DNA of 64,000 bases, from NCBI RefSeq assembly GCF_037042905.1, contig NC_087251.1, forward strand, positions 45,324,001-45,388,000. The letters run 5' to 3'. Shown one piece after another: positions 26,625 to 39,646 of the stretch; position 1 is the stretch's first letter; every line of letters begins with the position of its first letter. Origin of the DNA: Lytechinus pictus. Its lineage: Eukaryota. The notes below the pieces were generated by a model. It was given only the letters and a program-made list of their open reading frames with translations. It did no database searches and was not told the DNA's origin. The position numbers and the translations under genes were made by a program.

Positions 26625-27650
26625 CAACTATGGAAAATTTGCTCACTCGCATTTTGATACTAACTGTAATCCAGTACTACAGTAGTTTACGTCACAACAA
26701 ATCCATTACAATATAACCGTCATCGTGATAGTCCTTCAAGTGAAAGATTGTATATTATGCACGCAGTTATATACCCCTGTACATAATTTATAGCCCGTGA
26801 TGTGATAACTACACACCCGTTGAAAGAGGTTTTGGGGCAACATTCTTTCTTCCACCTACTGAAAATTTGCTCGCTCGCTATGCTCGTTCGCCACAATATC
26901 CGATAATCACACCCCATGGACGACGATTTTGCTCATCATGTCTTCCAAATACTGAAAATTTGCTTGCACTATTCGCTCTCTTTGGCCCGAATTCACAAAG
27001 GTGGATTTTGCAGAATCCCCCTTTGTGAATTCGGGCCTTTGCGACTTAAAAAAAGTTGCCCCATACACCCTAACACTGGCGTAAATCCGGTCCAAGCAGT
27101 GGGGGAGGGGGGGGGGGGGTGAAAGCAATATATTGACCTAAAAATCAAAAATTTTGGGGACACCCCCACACCTAAGGCTAAGTATACGGGGTATATTACA
27201 GTATAAATAATCCTTTTTTAGTTAAAGGTTTCTAAGGATTTTTTTTTTATCAATGGCTATATAATTATGAATTTGTTGTGTTATAAACGACTGAACTACA
27301 GTTAATCAAAATGCGAGCGAGCGAATTTTCAGTAGTTGGAAGACATGGTGACCAAAATCGTCTTCCATGAGTTGTGATTATTGGATAATGTGGCGAATGA
27401 GCATAGCTAGCGAGCAAATTTTCAGTAGGTGGAAGAAAGAATGTTGCCCCAAAACCTCTTTCAACCGGTGTGTAATTATCACATCACGGGCTATAAATTA
27501 TGCACAGGGGTATATAACTGCGTGCATAATACTACCATCTTTCACTTGAAGGACTATCACGATGACGGTTATATTGTAATGGCTTTGTTGTGACGTAAAA
27601 TACTGGATTACAGTTAGTATCAAAATGCGAGTGACTGAGCAAATTTTCCA
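26625..27650. repeat. Long inverted repeat (arms about 26625-26975 and 27310-27650) in the intron of paralogue C
   Basis: The arms are reverse complements. ORFs 26720-26917(-) and 27367-27549(+) are near-identical translations. Confidence 0.9.
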
Positions 27651-29062
27651 GATATAGACTGTTTCATTATCAATTTTTAATACGAGAAGCTGATTTTTTT
27701 TTCTGTTATAGATTATGACAAAATGTTTAGAAAATAATATATTTCACCCCTTTTCTTTTCATTTTCTCCTTTTCTTTCTCGGTTGTAGAACCACCCGTTT
27801 TCTCTATCGCTCTCTTTCTTTCTTCCCTTTCTCAGCCCCCCCCCCCCCCTTTACACAATGCACTCTCTATTTTTTTTTTCCCTCTCCCATTTTCAAAGTT
27901 CATATAGGCATGGATGCCGGGCAATGTTTTTGGTTTATATTTTGACACTGTTTGCACATTATTATCATTTTCATGGATTTGTCCACATATTGAAGGTTAT
28001 TGCTTGATACCTTTTATCGGGCATTGCGTTCCAGCTTACATTCACATAAACTAATTACTATACTTAATTTCAAATTGAAGTAAAATAAAAGCGTTTAAAC
28101 TGAATTGCAGTGAAAGGAATAAATGATGTCAATTGAGATAACTATATGTTTAAGGTATGGTACAAAAGGCACATTTATTAATATTAATAGCCTTACGAGA
28201 GACACTATAGTGCGGTTCAATAATTATGTGGACTTTTGACGATAGTCTACGTTTGTTGGGTGGAACGGACGTGGCCTCACCCTTTCTAGACAACTTCAGG
28301 GGGAGTCTCATGTACCAGTTGTTTTTCTATGTCTATGTAAGTTTGGGGGTCGAGAATTATGAAATTCAAGTTCAAGTTTCCTTTATTTCATTTCGACTCA
28401 ACATATTACACAAATATGAAATAATAAGGCATACAAATCAATACAAAGGGATATACTATGTAAGCAATAAGACCATACAAGGGAAATAAATAAGTTTGAA
28501 GTTTGAAGTTTGAATAGATAAATGTTTTCGGTAAACAATTATGCAATTTTATTCAAATATCAACCAAAAAAGGCAGGCAGATCGTCTTTTCTCCTACTGA
28601 CATCATGTTGGGGTTTTGCTATCATTTTGATATATGATTTTCATAGAAACAACTGCTTCAGAAAACTTATCATGTCATTGCCTTTTGTGAAAAAGCCCCT
28701 TCCATTGTTAGACTCGAAAGGTGTGGCCACTCCCATTCCACCCCCACTTCATTAACGTATAGACTATCGTCACTAGTGGTCGAAAACTCGTGTTCCACGA
28801 AGTCTTAAAAAAGATTGGTCAAAATATAGGCCTAACCAATCTGTTGGTGGACATAATGTGCCCGATCGATATTGTCAATCAATCAAAATTCTGGTACCGC
28901 GGTGGTAGATTCTTTCCAATTTACATGGTAAAATGGTCAAAATGGTTGATTTTGACAATTTTTGTAAGTCGAACATAATTTATTATTCACCAACACATTG
29001 GGTTTTTCCAATCCTTTTTAAGAGTGGATTTCTTATTCTTTCTTCATTTTTTTTGCATACAG

Positions 29063-29514
29063 GATACAGGCGTCCCCGAACCCGCATCAGCGGTGGTTCT
29101 TCCGGTGGTTCATCCGGTCCTATAGAGACCAGTGACATTATATGGATCACATGCTGCATCGGCATACCATTGGGTATGTTATTCGTCTACCTGTGTTATT
29201 ATTGCTTCGTGAAGAAGCCAAAGAAGAAGAAAAAGAGAGAGGAAAGCCAGGCCGTCGTTTCCGCCAATTCCCAAGACACTCAAGCTCCGAGTGATGACCA
29301 CTATCAAGGCATCACCAACCACGCATTGTCGCCCGATGTTCCGCCTGAAGGTTTCTCAACGACAGGACCTGGACAGGACAAGACACCCTTTCAACAGTAT
29401 CCACAGGAAATGGCGCCACCAACCTACAACCATGTCATAGGTTTAGAAGGTATCACCTTCAGGGGTGCAGGGGATATTCATGAAATGTATCGAACGGATC
29501 AAACGAACAAATAG
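29063..29514 (+). CDS. Paralogue C exon 2 (ectopeptide, TM, Lys-rich stop-transfer, PPTY tail); spliced product 182 aa
   Basis: Polypyrimidine tract and tgcatacAG 29061-29062. Reads YRRPRTRISGGSSGGSSGPIETSD-IIWITCCIGIPLGMLFVYLCYYCFV-KKPKKKKKR...EMAPPTYNHV...GITFRGAGDIHEM...*. Confidence 0.88.
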
Positions 29515-29589
29515 TCACAACTATAATTTGATCTTTAACTGGCTGAATTTGGCATTTGGGTATTTTCTTTAAAACAAGACACAATTAAC

Positions 29590-29782
29590 CTTGTTTAGCC
29601 CCGCAGCCTTTTACAGCGCAAAGGAGTAAATTCCTGCCAGGTACCCATTTACCTCACCTGGGTTGAGTGCAGCACAACGTGGATACATTTCTTGCCAAAG
29701 GAAATTACGCTATGGCTAGGATTCGAACCCACGACCCTCTGTTCAAAGTCAGAAGACAAATCCACTGGACCACAACGCTCCC
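29590..29782 (-). mobile_element. tRNA-derived SINE
   Basis: ggattcgaacccacgaccctctg (B box, reverse strand) plus the ggtacccattt/cacctcacctggg core. Same family as 40905-41158 and 62900-63195. Confidence 0.85.
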
Positions 29783-31074
29783 GATTGTTGTATCAACAAT
29801 TTTCTTACTATTTGGGGTCGCAATTAGAGACAATTCTCAAATAATGTCAGATTTCCCGAAATATTTGTCTATGAGTTAAGCTGATGCCTGACCCCATGCA
29901 GTTTTTATAAAAGCATTTAATGAGAAAACCAAAGAAATATTCCATCGCAAGACCAAAGACTTTTCCATTCAGAACACATTTACTGAAGAAGAAGAAGAAG
30001 AAGAAGAGGAGGAGAAGGAAGAGGAAAAAGAAACAAAGTTGGGGGGGGGACACAGCAGCAGTAGAGTGGTGCATAGAAGCCATGCAGTTTCCATGAAACT
30101 ATCCTGCAATTAAATTTTGCAAGAAAAATGATGAATATAACATATTCAAAAGGAGACCATGTTGATTGCAGTTGAGGAACAATATCAATAAGAAACCTTT
30201 AAACTACTAATGGAATATCTTAATGTTTATGAATGATTTCATGGCTAAAAAGGAGCCACCATATTTGAATAAAAGGTGACGAATAATATGAATACACATT
30301 TTCCAGAATAACGATGAAGATAAATATTTGTTACAATATCTTAATGTATATCATACTTCTTCTTGCAGACACCGTGGAAAATAGTATAGGGTTTTAATTG
30401 TGCTAACGGTTTTCATACCGAATGTTCATTGCTTTGCATAACTGTGAACCGTGATTTTTATGTGCAATATTTCAATGTCGGATATAAGATTTGTAGAAAC
30501 AATGAACAACCAACTCATTATAATTATTATTATTATGATTATTAATATTATTTATTCGGCAAATAATACAAAAATGCATTTACATAAACAATACAAAATA
30601 AGAAATATCAACCATTGGAACGCCAGGGACAGAATAAGTTAACTGAATTACTGTGGCATGAAGCCTCCTGTCCCAATTCCAATGGTTGATTTACAATATA
30701 TATTAATAACTAAATAATAATTAATTACTCGTAATATAAAGGGGTGTAGCATGCGACTCATTATCACATCACTCTTAAAAAGTAGGCCTATATAACCAGT
30801 CTGTTGGTGAATATGAGTCCGACCGATACAAATGGTCAATATCAAACAAAATTTTTGGAGATTCTAGTATAGTTTAGTTTAGTTTACTACAACGATGTTG
30901 TAGGACTAAGCCTGTTCATCGATCAAAGTAGAATGTCTATTGCTGCTTTCCTTCAGACAAAATTAGATGCACTACTTATAATGTTGACAGGGAGGGGTGG
31001 CAGGGATATCGTAGACAGCAAAAAATTCCATGAAAAACACACGAAATCGAAAATCACTCAAAATCATAGGCAAT

Positions 31075-31275
31075 CTTCTACCAATGCTTGTCCAGTCTAT
31101 TCTTAAATGCAATCACTGAACAAGCAGTATATAGCTACATCTTCTGGGAGACTGTTCCACACATCTATCACTCGGTTAGCAAAGAAAAACTTACGCACAT
31201 CAAGACGTGAATATCTTTTCTCCAGCTCCCGCTCCAGCCTTAAGGAATGACCATGTGTTTACCACCATTTCTCAG
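31075..31275 (-). mobile_element. CR1-type LINE ORF2 C-terminal fragment
   Basis: The reverse strand reads ...GHSLR...LEKRYSRLDVRKFFFANRVIDVWNSLPEDV...SVIAFKNRLDKHW, the classic CR1 3' motif. Confidence 0.85.
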
Positions 31276-34141
31276 ACAGAAAAGCTCAGAACTTGAATCA
31301 TAGTAACAGCGGCGTAACAGGGGTCTGTGTCCAGGGGGGGGGGGGGCAAGAGCCAAAACTTTGCCGGTCATATCATGGTATGAACAGGCGTAATGAGGCG
31401 ACTATATTGCGTATCGGGCAGAATTTATCTTTTAAAAAAAAGTTGCGAGCGAGCGAAGCGAGCAAAAATTTTGACCTTTTTAATACAAAAATCCAATTTG
31501 ACATGATATCCGAAAACAATATATTTCACTCTTCTCTCTTTCCATTCATTTTTTGTGGTCTGTACGCCACTGTGAACAGGATTCTTTGCGGCAGTAGCGT
31601 GATTCGTGAAGAGTAACAAAAAAAAAAACGAGGGGCGCAGTATGACACATTGTGCTCAAAAGCTGCTTAATACAAGTCCCGAGCGAGCGAAGCGAGCGAG
31701 AAAAAAATCACCTTTTCATGAAAATCGAACTTTGAGATATTTTTGAAATTATATTAAGTAAATAAAATGATATCCTACACTTTTCCTTTGCTTTTCTTTC
31801 CTCCCTTTTTTGTTCTTGTTTGTAGAACTTTTGGGGGCCAATGGCCCAACCCTTCTATAATCATATACGGCAGTGCTGTGCGGTTGGGGTCCGGGGCGGA
31901 GCCCCTGGAACTTCTTGATATCAAAGCCATTTAAACCTCGCAGATTGCCGTTATTTTAATCAAATCGCGGGTATATACAAAATATAGCTTTTACACAACA
32001 CATTTATTCCAGGGGCCGCGGAACGGTTTTCAAAGGGGGGGGGGGGGGGCTTACCATGCAAAAAATCACAATCCTATGGTAATTTTTACGTTTTTGAACA
32101 CGGTTTTGGAAATAAGTGGGGGCTGAAGCCCCCCCCCCCCGCTTCCGCGGCCCCTGTATTCATCCCAGTTGCGTAATGAACCAGATATATTTGAGGGGGC
32201 AAAACATAGCAATGTGGGAAAATTTACATCCTACATCTACTGCATGTTGGTTCTACTCTTTCTATTTGTCATTATATTGATTTGTTTATGTATTGTTTTT
32301 TTATTGTTCATATAATATTGTATATTGTATAGTGTACCTTTTTAATGGATGTGAGTAAAGTGAATTGAATTGAATTGAATAGACTTGAAGTTGTTAACAG
32401 TCGCCAGCGTGCAAAGCGAGCTGGAAAAAAAAATGCCTATTGAAATTAAATTCTAATTATGTGATAGATTTTTCCATTATATTCAGCAAATAACACATTT
32501 CATTGTTTCCATTCATTTCATTATACGTTGTCTCCTATAATTTCTTTTATTTCCTCTTGGGTGTGGAACCAAGACCCCCCCCCCCCCCCGTGCCTGTACG
32601 CCAGTGATTGAACGGGGGCGTTATTGATGAAGAGCCCCTTTGCCCCGGTAGCTTATTTGCATAAAATTTAGCAAGCTTATAGCACAATGTTGTATGCAGT
32701 CCATCTTTCTTCCCGCTCTTTATTTTCAATCCTCGGCAGCCCGGTCGTGTTATTATTTTTTTTCTTGTCCCTTTTCTTTGTTTTCTAATTTAGCTTTTGA
32801 CTTATTCCATTCTACCTCCGTTTCCCGCTATCGTTTGCTATTTTGTCATCTTTTAATTTATTTCCCATCATGCTATTTCATTTCATAAACCTATTTCGGA
32901 ATGATTTATTCTTTGTCAAATGTTCTTCTTTCGTATACCTTTTCTCGCTTTTTTCCTTTTCCATTAAAAAAAAAGTCGTTTTCTTTTCCCTTTTCCTTTC
33001 CTTTTTATTGATTTTGACCATTTTTATCGGTCGGACTCATGGCAAGTTTGCAATAAAGCACTACATATTTTTTTTTTCATTGTAGAGTACTAGTACTGGT
33101 ATATGATTGTATTATTTTGTTATTAAAATAAAATATTTATGTGTAATAAGAAGCGCTAAATCAATCAATTTGAAATTGAATGTTATATATTTTGTCTCTA
33201 ATGAAATGTGAATAAAGTAATATTGATGCTAACATAATCATGATAATATAGTGTGTGTAAATTTAATCATGTAAAGATGAACCGGTTGATGGGGGTGGAA
33301 TGCTCTTTTGGGGAAAATGTGACTGGCGATTGGTTGGCTATATATGCATTACATCAATTTACATACACATTAAATTCTAATGGTGTGACCAGTCGCATAT
33401 TAGATTGTTCGTTTTGAAAATCTTGCCATAGATCTGTGTGCAAGGAAGCAAGGAAGTCAGCATAATACAATTCATGTATATTTGCCCTTATATCATATTA
33501 TGCTGTGTACTTTTTTTTCTTTCTATTTAATTGTTTGTGAATGTGCCATTTTTTTATTTCAAATAAAGAGGATATAATAATATTTTCCACCAAAGTGACC
33601 TTGCGTTTTATCCATGCAAATTCACTATATGAAATCAATAAATATATATCAAACGTAAATATTTGCAGAATTATCTGCTTTTCCTGTGAATGGACAATCT
33701 TCAGTAATTCGCAATTCATGACGAAGTTTGATAGTATGATGTTATGTTTATACATGGGTTTGCAAACATACACGGCCCATTGTTTACATCGAAGCCAAAG
33801 TCAGAGCCACAGGTGAAAAGAAGTGGCGTATGTATTGTGACTCCGTTCAACCCCACGTTCAACCGCAGAATTCATCATCATCACTATTATATATACCAGT
33901 TTCCTCGTAAATACCATGCATTTATGGTTATTCCATTTTCTGGAAATTTACTACTGCTCAGCGCTGCTAATACATTGTCTACTTCAAACACCGGCTGTAT
34001 TAAACCATGTTATATTCAAGCATCATAATTATGTAGCGCGGATTTGCTGCACATTCGGTGTCAAAGACTATCATCTGTTCGGGTGGCCTGTTCATCGAAA
34101 TTGGCGTTTAAATTGTGACTTTCAAATTCGCTTCAATTGGC

Positions 34142-34235
34142 ATGGACATGATGGATGGTATATTGAATATATGGATGTATGTATTCACGTATGGAGTATG
34201 GTGTACATTGTTGGGGCGGAGTGCATTCGGTGCAA
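34142..34235 (+). CDS. Three-SRCR type-I membrane receptor, exon 1 (signal peptide)
   Basis: MDMMDGILNIWMYVFTYGVWCTLLGRSAFGA+A, then donor GTAAGT at 34236. Phase 1 matches the exon at 39647. The exact start ATG is uncertain (three nearby). Confidence 0.65.
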
Positions 34236-35028
34236 GTAAGTATATAATTATAAGTTCACGTTTCTACCGCCCATTCTCATTTGTGACTATGCAGATATGT
34301 ATATGTATATTTTTAGTTTTGTTTTGAATTTATTTTATATCCCCGTTGGAATTACACGATATATAGATTAAATATTTACCATTACATAGCACCCTTGAAC
34401 TAGATAAAACCAGATACTACACGAAAGTGTCAGTTAGGTCAGGGCCCTGCCGGTTAACAATCTTTGAATAGGGGGTGCTGAGGGTTTTGTTCAGGGGGTT
34501 AAAAAACAAAACAAGCAAATAGATAAACAAACACTAAAAGGTTATTGCTCCCATTATCTCCGTCATTTGGGAGCAATAATCTTACCCTTATTTGTCAATC
34601 TGATTTCCAGGGGGTGCTTCCCCGTGCTGCCTATGGTACATAATACGCAGCACGTACCCCCTGAAAAATCTTATGGGGTGCTTCAGCATATCTGACTATT
34701 TTCTACTTTTCTAGTCACTTTTGACTAGATCGATCGATCGATATACAGTTGGGACCAGAATAAAGTTAAGGTAAATGACTAGACATCAATTCAATTCACT
34801 TCATTTATTCAACCATCAAAGGGATAAAAACAGTACAAGATAAAATATTAACAAAGTATCAGAAAAACAAAACAAATAGATGGTTCGGAGACCCCGGAGA
34901 AGCGGTGCTTATAAAAGGGGTCACCACGATGCATTGATACATTACAAATAACAAGTGTGAAGAAAAATATAACAAATATAATATATATATATAAATATAA
35001 CATATATAACAGTATATATAATATAAAT

Positions 35029-35214
35029 GACTGGGCGTTGTGGCGTACGCCTGTAATCCAAGCTGTGGGGAAGTTACAAATTGATGCAGAGGTTCGAAGT
35101 TCGAGCCCTGGTGACGTCTTTCGGATGGTGACGTTAAAGGTCGGTCCCAGACGTAAAAAAATCCTATCTGATTGATACACGTCTGACAAACTCAAATACA
35201 CACACACACACACA
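35029..35214 (+). mobile_element. SINE-like element with a 7SL RNA/Alu-domain-like 5' head
   Basis: GACTGGGCGTTGTGGCGTACGCCTGTAATCCAAGCT resembles the 7SL/Alu 5' end. B-box-like GTTCGAGCC at about 35098, non-7SL body, (CA)n tail. Confidence 0.65.
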
Positions 35215-35402
35215 TTATTTAAAACAATGAAAAAAAATGCAATATAAATGTGGTTTGATCAAATGATTACAAAATTAAAAAGAGTGAAAATATTAGATCA
35301 AAATTAAATAAAAAACTCCTGCAGCAGCAAAAAAAAATCAATTGCACCCAACTGACTATAAACCGATCTTGTCATTTTAACTATAACATAGTTTGTTTTA
35401 TA

Positions 35403-37228
35403 CAGTGCGTCCCAAAAAAAACTATACACTTTTGAAATGGCTGCCAAATAAAAAATATAGCATTTTGGGATATTTTTTTAAACATATATGGAAAGCCAAT
35501 AAAGTCAACTTTCAAATGACACCAAAAAATTGGAAAACTGTTTATGCTTGAGCGAGCACTGCCAACTGAAACAAAGGGTATGAAAATTAGGGTGGGCTGG
35601 AATTAGCCTTCCAATTTATGTCAGTTTTTAAGAGGCAAATCCTTTCGAACTTGCAAAGTTAAGGGCGTTGTGATAAATTAATGATCAACCGTAACCAGTT
35701 TTGGTTGCTTATGCAAATTCTATAAATTATTAAATTGAACTTTAATGCATGAGTGAACACAAATTACACTTTTGGGGCAGCATTTCAACTTTATCATTTG
35801 GATCTCTTTTTGGGCAGCATTTCAACTTTATCATTTGGATCTCTTTTTGGGCAGCATTTCAACTTTATCATGTGGATCTCAGCAGTGTGTTCATGGGAGT
35901 CGGGAGAATAGGGGGTGAGATAGGACTTAAGTGGGAGAAGTAGGTTGATGGAATAAGGGTCAACAGAACATTCAGCCCCCGCCCCCTCCCTCTTTCCCGC
36001 CCTCCCCTCCTGTTGAGAGACTGATGGCTATTGTCATGCAAGCGTGAAGTCCAGAGTGGAATGTTGATTTAATGATTAATTCTGAATTGGGGCATCAACT
36101 TTTTCCTGTCAATCATTTCATCAACAATTTATCAGTGAATCAACTCATTCAATGTGCAATGTGATCAATCAAACATTCAGGTTTTTTTAAATGAATTATT
36201 TCATTAATCATCATAATCATTAAATTTCTTGGTAATAATTCAATAAAAAAAGTGACCATCAGCCACCGGTCACTTGGCAGCTAAGTTTTGAATAGGCTAC
36301 AATCCAGGAAGTGAGACAGAGAGGGGGGCTGGGAAATGGAGGTGGAGAGGGGAGGGTACATAATTATGACTTTCAATTTGTAAAAGGACAAAAAGAAGAA
36401 GAATGCCCTTTAAACCAAGTCTTAGCATATCTCGCCCTCTTGCTTGTAACAGGTACCATCACATTACTCTGACTCTCACGAACACACTTCTGAGGTCCAC
36501 AAGATGAATATGCTACACTAAAATTACAATTCCTGTTCACTCATGCATTAAATTTCAATTTAGTAACTCATGAAATTTGCCTAAGAAACCAAAACTTATC
36601 TCACTCATTAATTTAGCTTAGCAAGTTCCAAAGGACTAACCACTCAAAAAAACTGTAAGGCTAATTCCTGCCCAGCCTAGCCGAGCTTAGTGTCTGAGGA
36701 GGAAAGAAGCGGGGGTGGGGGGGTTGAGATGGAGGGAGGGGTTGCTAAATGTTCTGTTGACCTTTATCCCATCAACGTACTTCACCTACCTAAGTCATAT
36801 TACCCCCTCTTCTCCTGACTTTCATAAACACATTGTTGAGATCCACATGATAAAGGCAAAATGCTGCACTAAAAATTGCAATTCACGATCACTCATGCAT
36901 TAAATTTCAATGTAATAAACGCATTGAATTTTCACAAACAACAAACTATCACAACTGATCTTTAATTCACCAAAGAACCCTCAACTTTGCAAGTACCAAA
37001 CAAAAATCCTGAAAGAAATTGGAAGGCTAATTCCGGCCCACCCTAATTTTCATACCACTTGTTTCAGTGGGCAGTGCTCGCTCAAGCATGAATAGTTTTC
37101 CAACTTTTTGGTGTCACTTGAAAGTTGACTTTATCGGCTTTCCATATCTATAAGTTATTTCCCCCAAAGTGCTATATTTTTTATTTGCAGCCATTTCAAA
37201 AGTGTATAGTTTTTTTGGGGACGCACTG
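35403..37228. mobile_element. 1.8-kb non-autonomous Tc1/mariner-type element with very long imperfect TIRs
   Basis: TA|CAGTGCGTCCCAAAAAAAACTATACACTTTTGAAATGGCTGC ... GCAGCCATTTCAAAAGTGTATAGTTTTTTTGGGGACGCACTG|TA. Inverted similarity runs about 550 bp inward. Contains a ~38-bp x3 tandem at about 35770-35880. Confidence 0.9.
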
Positions 37229-37460
37229 TAGAGTGTAGTATACAATGTGAACTAATATTCTGGGTAATTCCATGAAAATATTTTGTTTTTAAAATGTATT
37301 CCCGACCTTTTCTCCATTCTTACTCCTCTTTGCTAGCTGCTCTATCCATGAAAATTGGAGAGTATCAAAATTTGTCATCTAAAATATAATTCAATATTCA
37401 TGTGAATGGCGTAGATGAATAGAAAATTGAAACCAAAAATATCATTCGTCAAAATATTAA

Positions 37461-38051
37461 AGGAGAATGAAACCCTTGAAACCAGCTGAATCCATATCAA
37501 AGAGAAAAATCAAAGAAACATATTGTTGAAAGTTTGAGGAAGATTGAATGAATAATAAGAAAGTTATGAGCATTTGAATATTGAGATCACTAATGCCATG
37601 TAGGTGAGATCACTAATGCCATTGACAATGCGACCAAGATCTGTGATGTCACACACGTACAACTCCCTCATTACTTATACTTATTTCACTTATATTCTCA
37701 CTTTTATAGAGTCTATCACAAGGTGAGGTGTTCTCTTTATGAGAGCACAAGTACAGAGGTTTCACAACATTATATCATTGATGAATCGTTTGTCATATGA
37801 TTAGAATGAGCAAAAAGATATGTTTTTTGGTATATTTTCAGTGTCCAAAAGGGGAGAGTTGTTCATCTGTGACATCATAGATCTTGGTCGCATTGCCAAT
37901 GGGAGGATCTCCATAGCATTAGTGATCTCGACATTCAAATGATCATAACTCTTCTATTGCTAGTCCTATTTTACTCAAACTTTTGTTGATCTTATTCTTT
38001 GATTTTTCTGCTTTCACAAAAGCTAACTTGCTCCTAGAGTTTCATTCTCCT
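37461..38051. mobile_element. TTAA-flanked MITE (second family)
   Basis: TTAA|AGGAGAATGAAAC...GTTTCATTCTCCT|TTAA with long imperfect TIRs. Confidence 0.85.
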
Positions 38052-39272
38052 TTAACGAGAGTCACCATCGACCTGACTCTATATGGGCGGTATTCCAATT
38101 ATTAAACCTAGGTGTAACCTTTTCTAAACTAGAATTTTAAGCCACACTGCTATGGAATGCTGGACTTACTCAGATTTCTTCTATATTCGAGGCAATTATA
38201 ATGCATACATTAATTCGTCACTTCATTAGATTTTTGTATTTTCTTATTCTTTCCATTTCACGTCTAAATTATATTTTTGACATTTTTTCTTGGCAGCAGG
38301 AAAAGAAAACCTTCAATTGGTGAATGAGGGAGATGACAACTGGCACTCCATAAAAATGTGGTCTAAATTAACCCAGGTTTCACTAAACCATGGCTATCAG
38401 AATGTGCCACCATATGTCAATAGGAAATATCTATCGACCAAATATTTTGCCTCGCTGAGTGTATATTTACTTATATTTTTGGTGTAAAAAGGACGCATAC
38501 CGATAAATAAATGAAAATCAACCAAAAATATTTGATGTAAATTAAAGACATACCCATCCCCTCCCCTGGAAAGAATGAGGGTAGGTTTTAATACCGCAAA
38601 TAAACCTAAACAAAACCAACGTGACATTATTTAACAGTGTGATTTAAAAAAAAAATCCTCGGTTTTTTCCTACTTGGTGTTCTATCAGACGCTCTAAAAT
38701 AAAAAAAAAATCGAGGGTCAGTTTTGACCCCACAAATTAGTCCATTGACACTTACAGGGAGAAAATGACTCCGAATTAGGTTAATATATCATTTCTGGAT
38801 CAGGTCTGATCCTCTCTGTGTCACATCGGATCTATTTCCGAGTCATTTTAAGACAGAACTTGTTATCCTATACAATGCAAAACCTCCGACCACGAACCTA
38901 GAATCTATAAAATTATGTCCCCACCGTATAGAAGTGTTAAACAACACCAGTTTGGTTTTGGTCTAACACCAGATAGGTGATTATACAACATAAAACAGTT
39001 TCGGTTTGATTCCAAAATGTTGTTGTTTTTAAATACTTCTGTGGTCATATACAGGATAGATTCCGGGCTGGTGGTAAATCAACTCCGGAGTTTTTGCAGT
39101 GTGGATTGATTTCCCAGTCACCCCCCCCCCAAAAAAAAAAATAAAGACTGAATTATTTAAAAGTGGACGTTGTCTTACCATGGAGCTATAAACACAGAGT
39201 AGTATCTCCATGGTCTCACCACTAGGAGGGTCCTCTTATCCAGGCGGAAATCCAGCCGGATCAGATCCAATA

Positions 39273-39457
39273 GTGGGGGCGTTTCATAAAGCTGTTTGTA
39301 AGTTAAGAGCGACTTTGAGAACGATTTGTGATCCTTTCTTATGCGCTAAATCACCAATTAACATTTAATGGTGAATATCACTTACCACAAAAAAGGGTCA
39401 CCAGACGTACGTAAAGTCGCTCTTACCTTACCAACAGCTATACGAACTGACCCCCTG
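39273..39457. mobile_element. Short hairpin MITE (second copy at about 58031-58172)
   Basis: ggggcgtttcataaagctgtt(t/c)gtaagttaagagcgacttt occurs at both sites, each with an inverted 3' arm. Confidence 0.8.
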
Positions 39458-39646
39458 TACCATTTCAGCGGCCATATTGTTTTTGGACAATAATAATAGT
39501 TTCAAGTTTCAAAATTTATTGATCAAAATCCACACATATATATAAATAATAATAAACATGCCAACACTAGTCGGTATCTCAAAACTAATCCGGTTCGATC
39601 CGCGCCTGTTCTTATCTATCATATAATTTCAAATTTCCATACGCAG

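Noticed and set aside
7196..29514. Identification of the small genes as SpTransformer (Sp185/333), Shadoo/prion or Shisa/WBP1
   Set aside because: The two-exon layout and Arg/Gly N-terminus are superficially similar. However, Transformer proteins lack a TM+PPxY tail and have His-rich repeats, Shadoo is GPI-anchored with no cytoplasmic tail, and Shisa/WBP1 have Cys-rich ectodomains that are absent here.
35029..35110. Human Alu contamination or a true 7SL gene
   Set aside because: Only the 5' part resembles Alu/7SL. There is no dimeric Alu structure or S domain, and the flanks are contiguous native-type sequence.
38299..38376. Possible exon KENLQLVNEGDDNW in SRCR intron 1
   Set aside because: No further SRCR motif and no convincing donor in a compatible phase.
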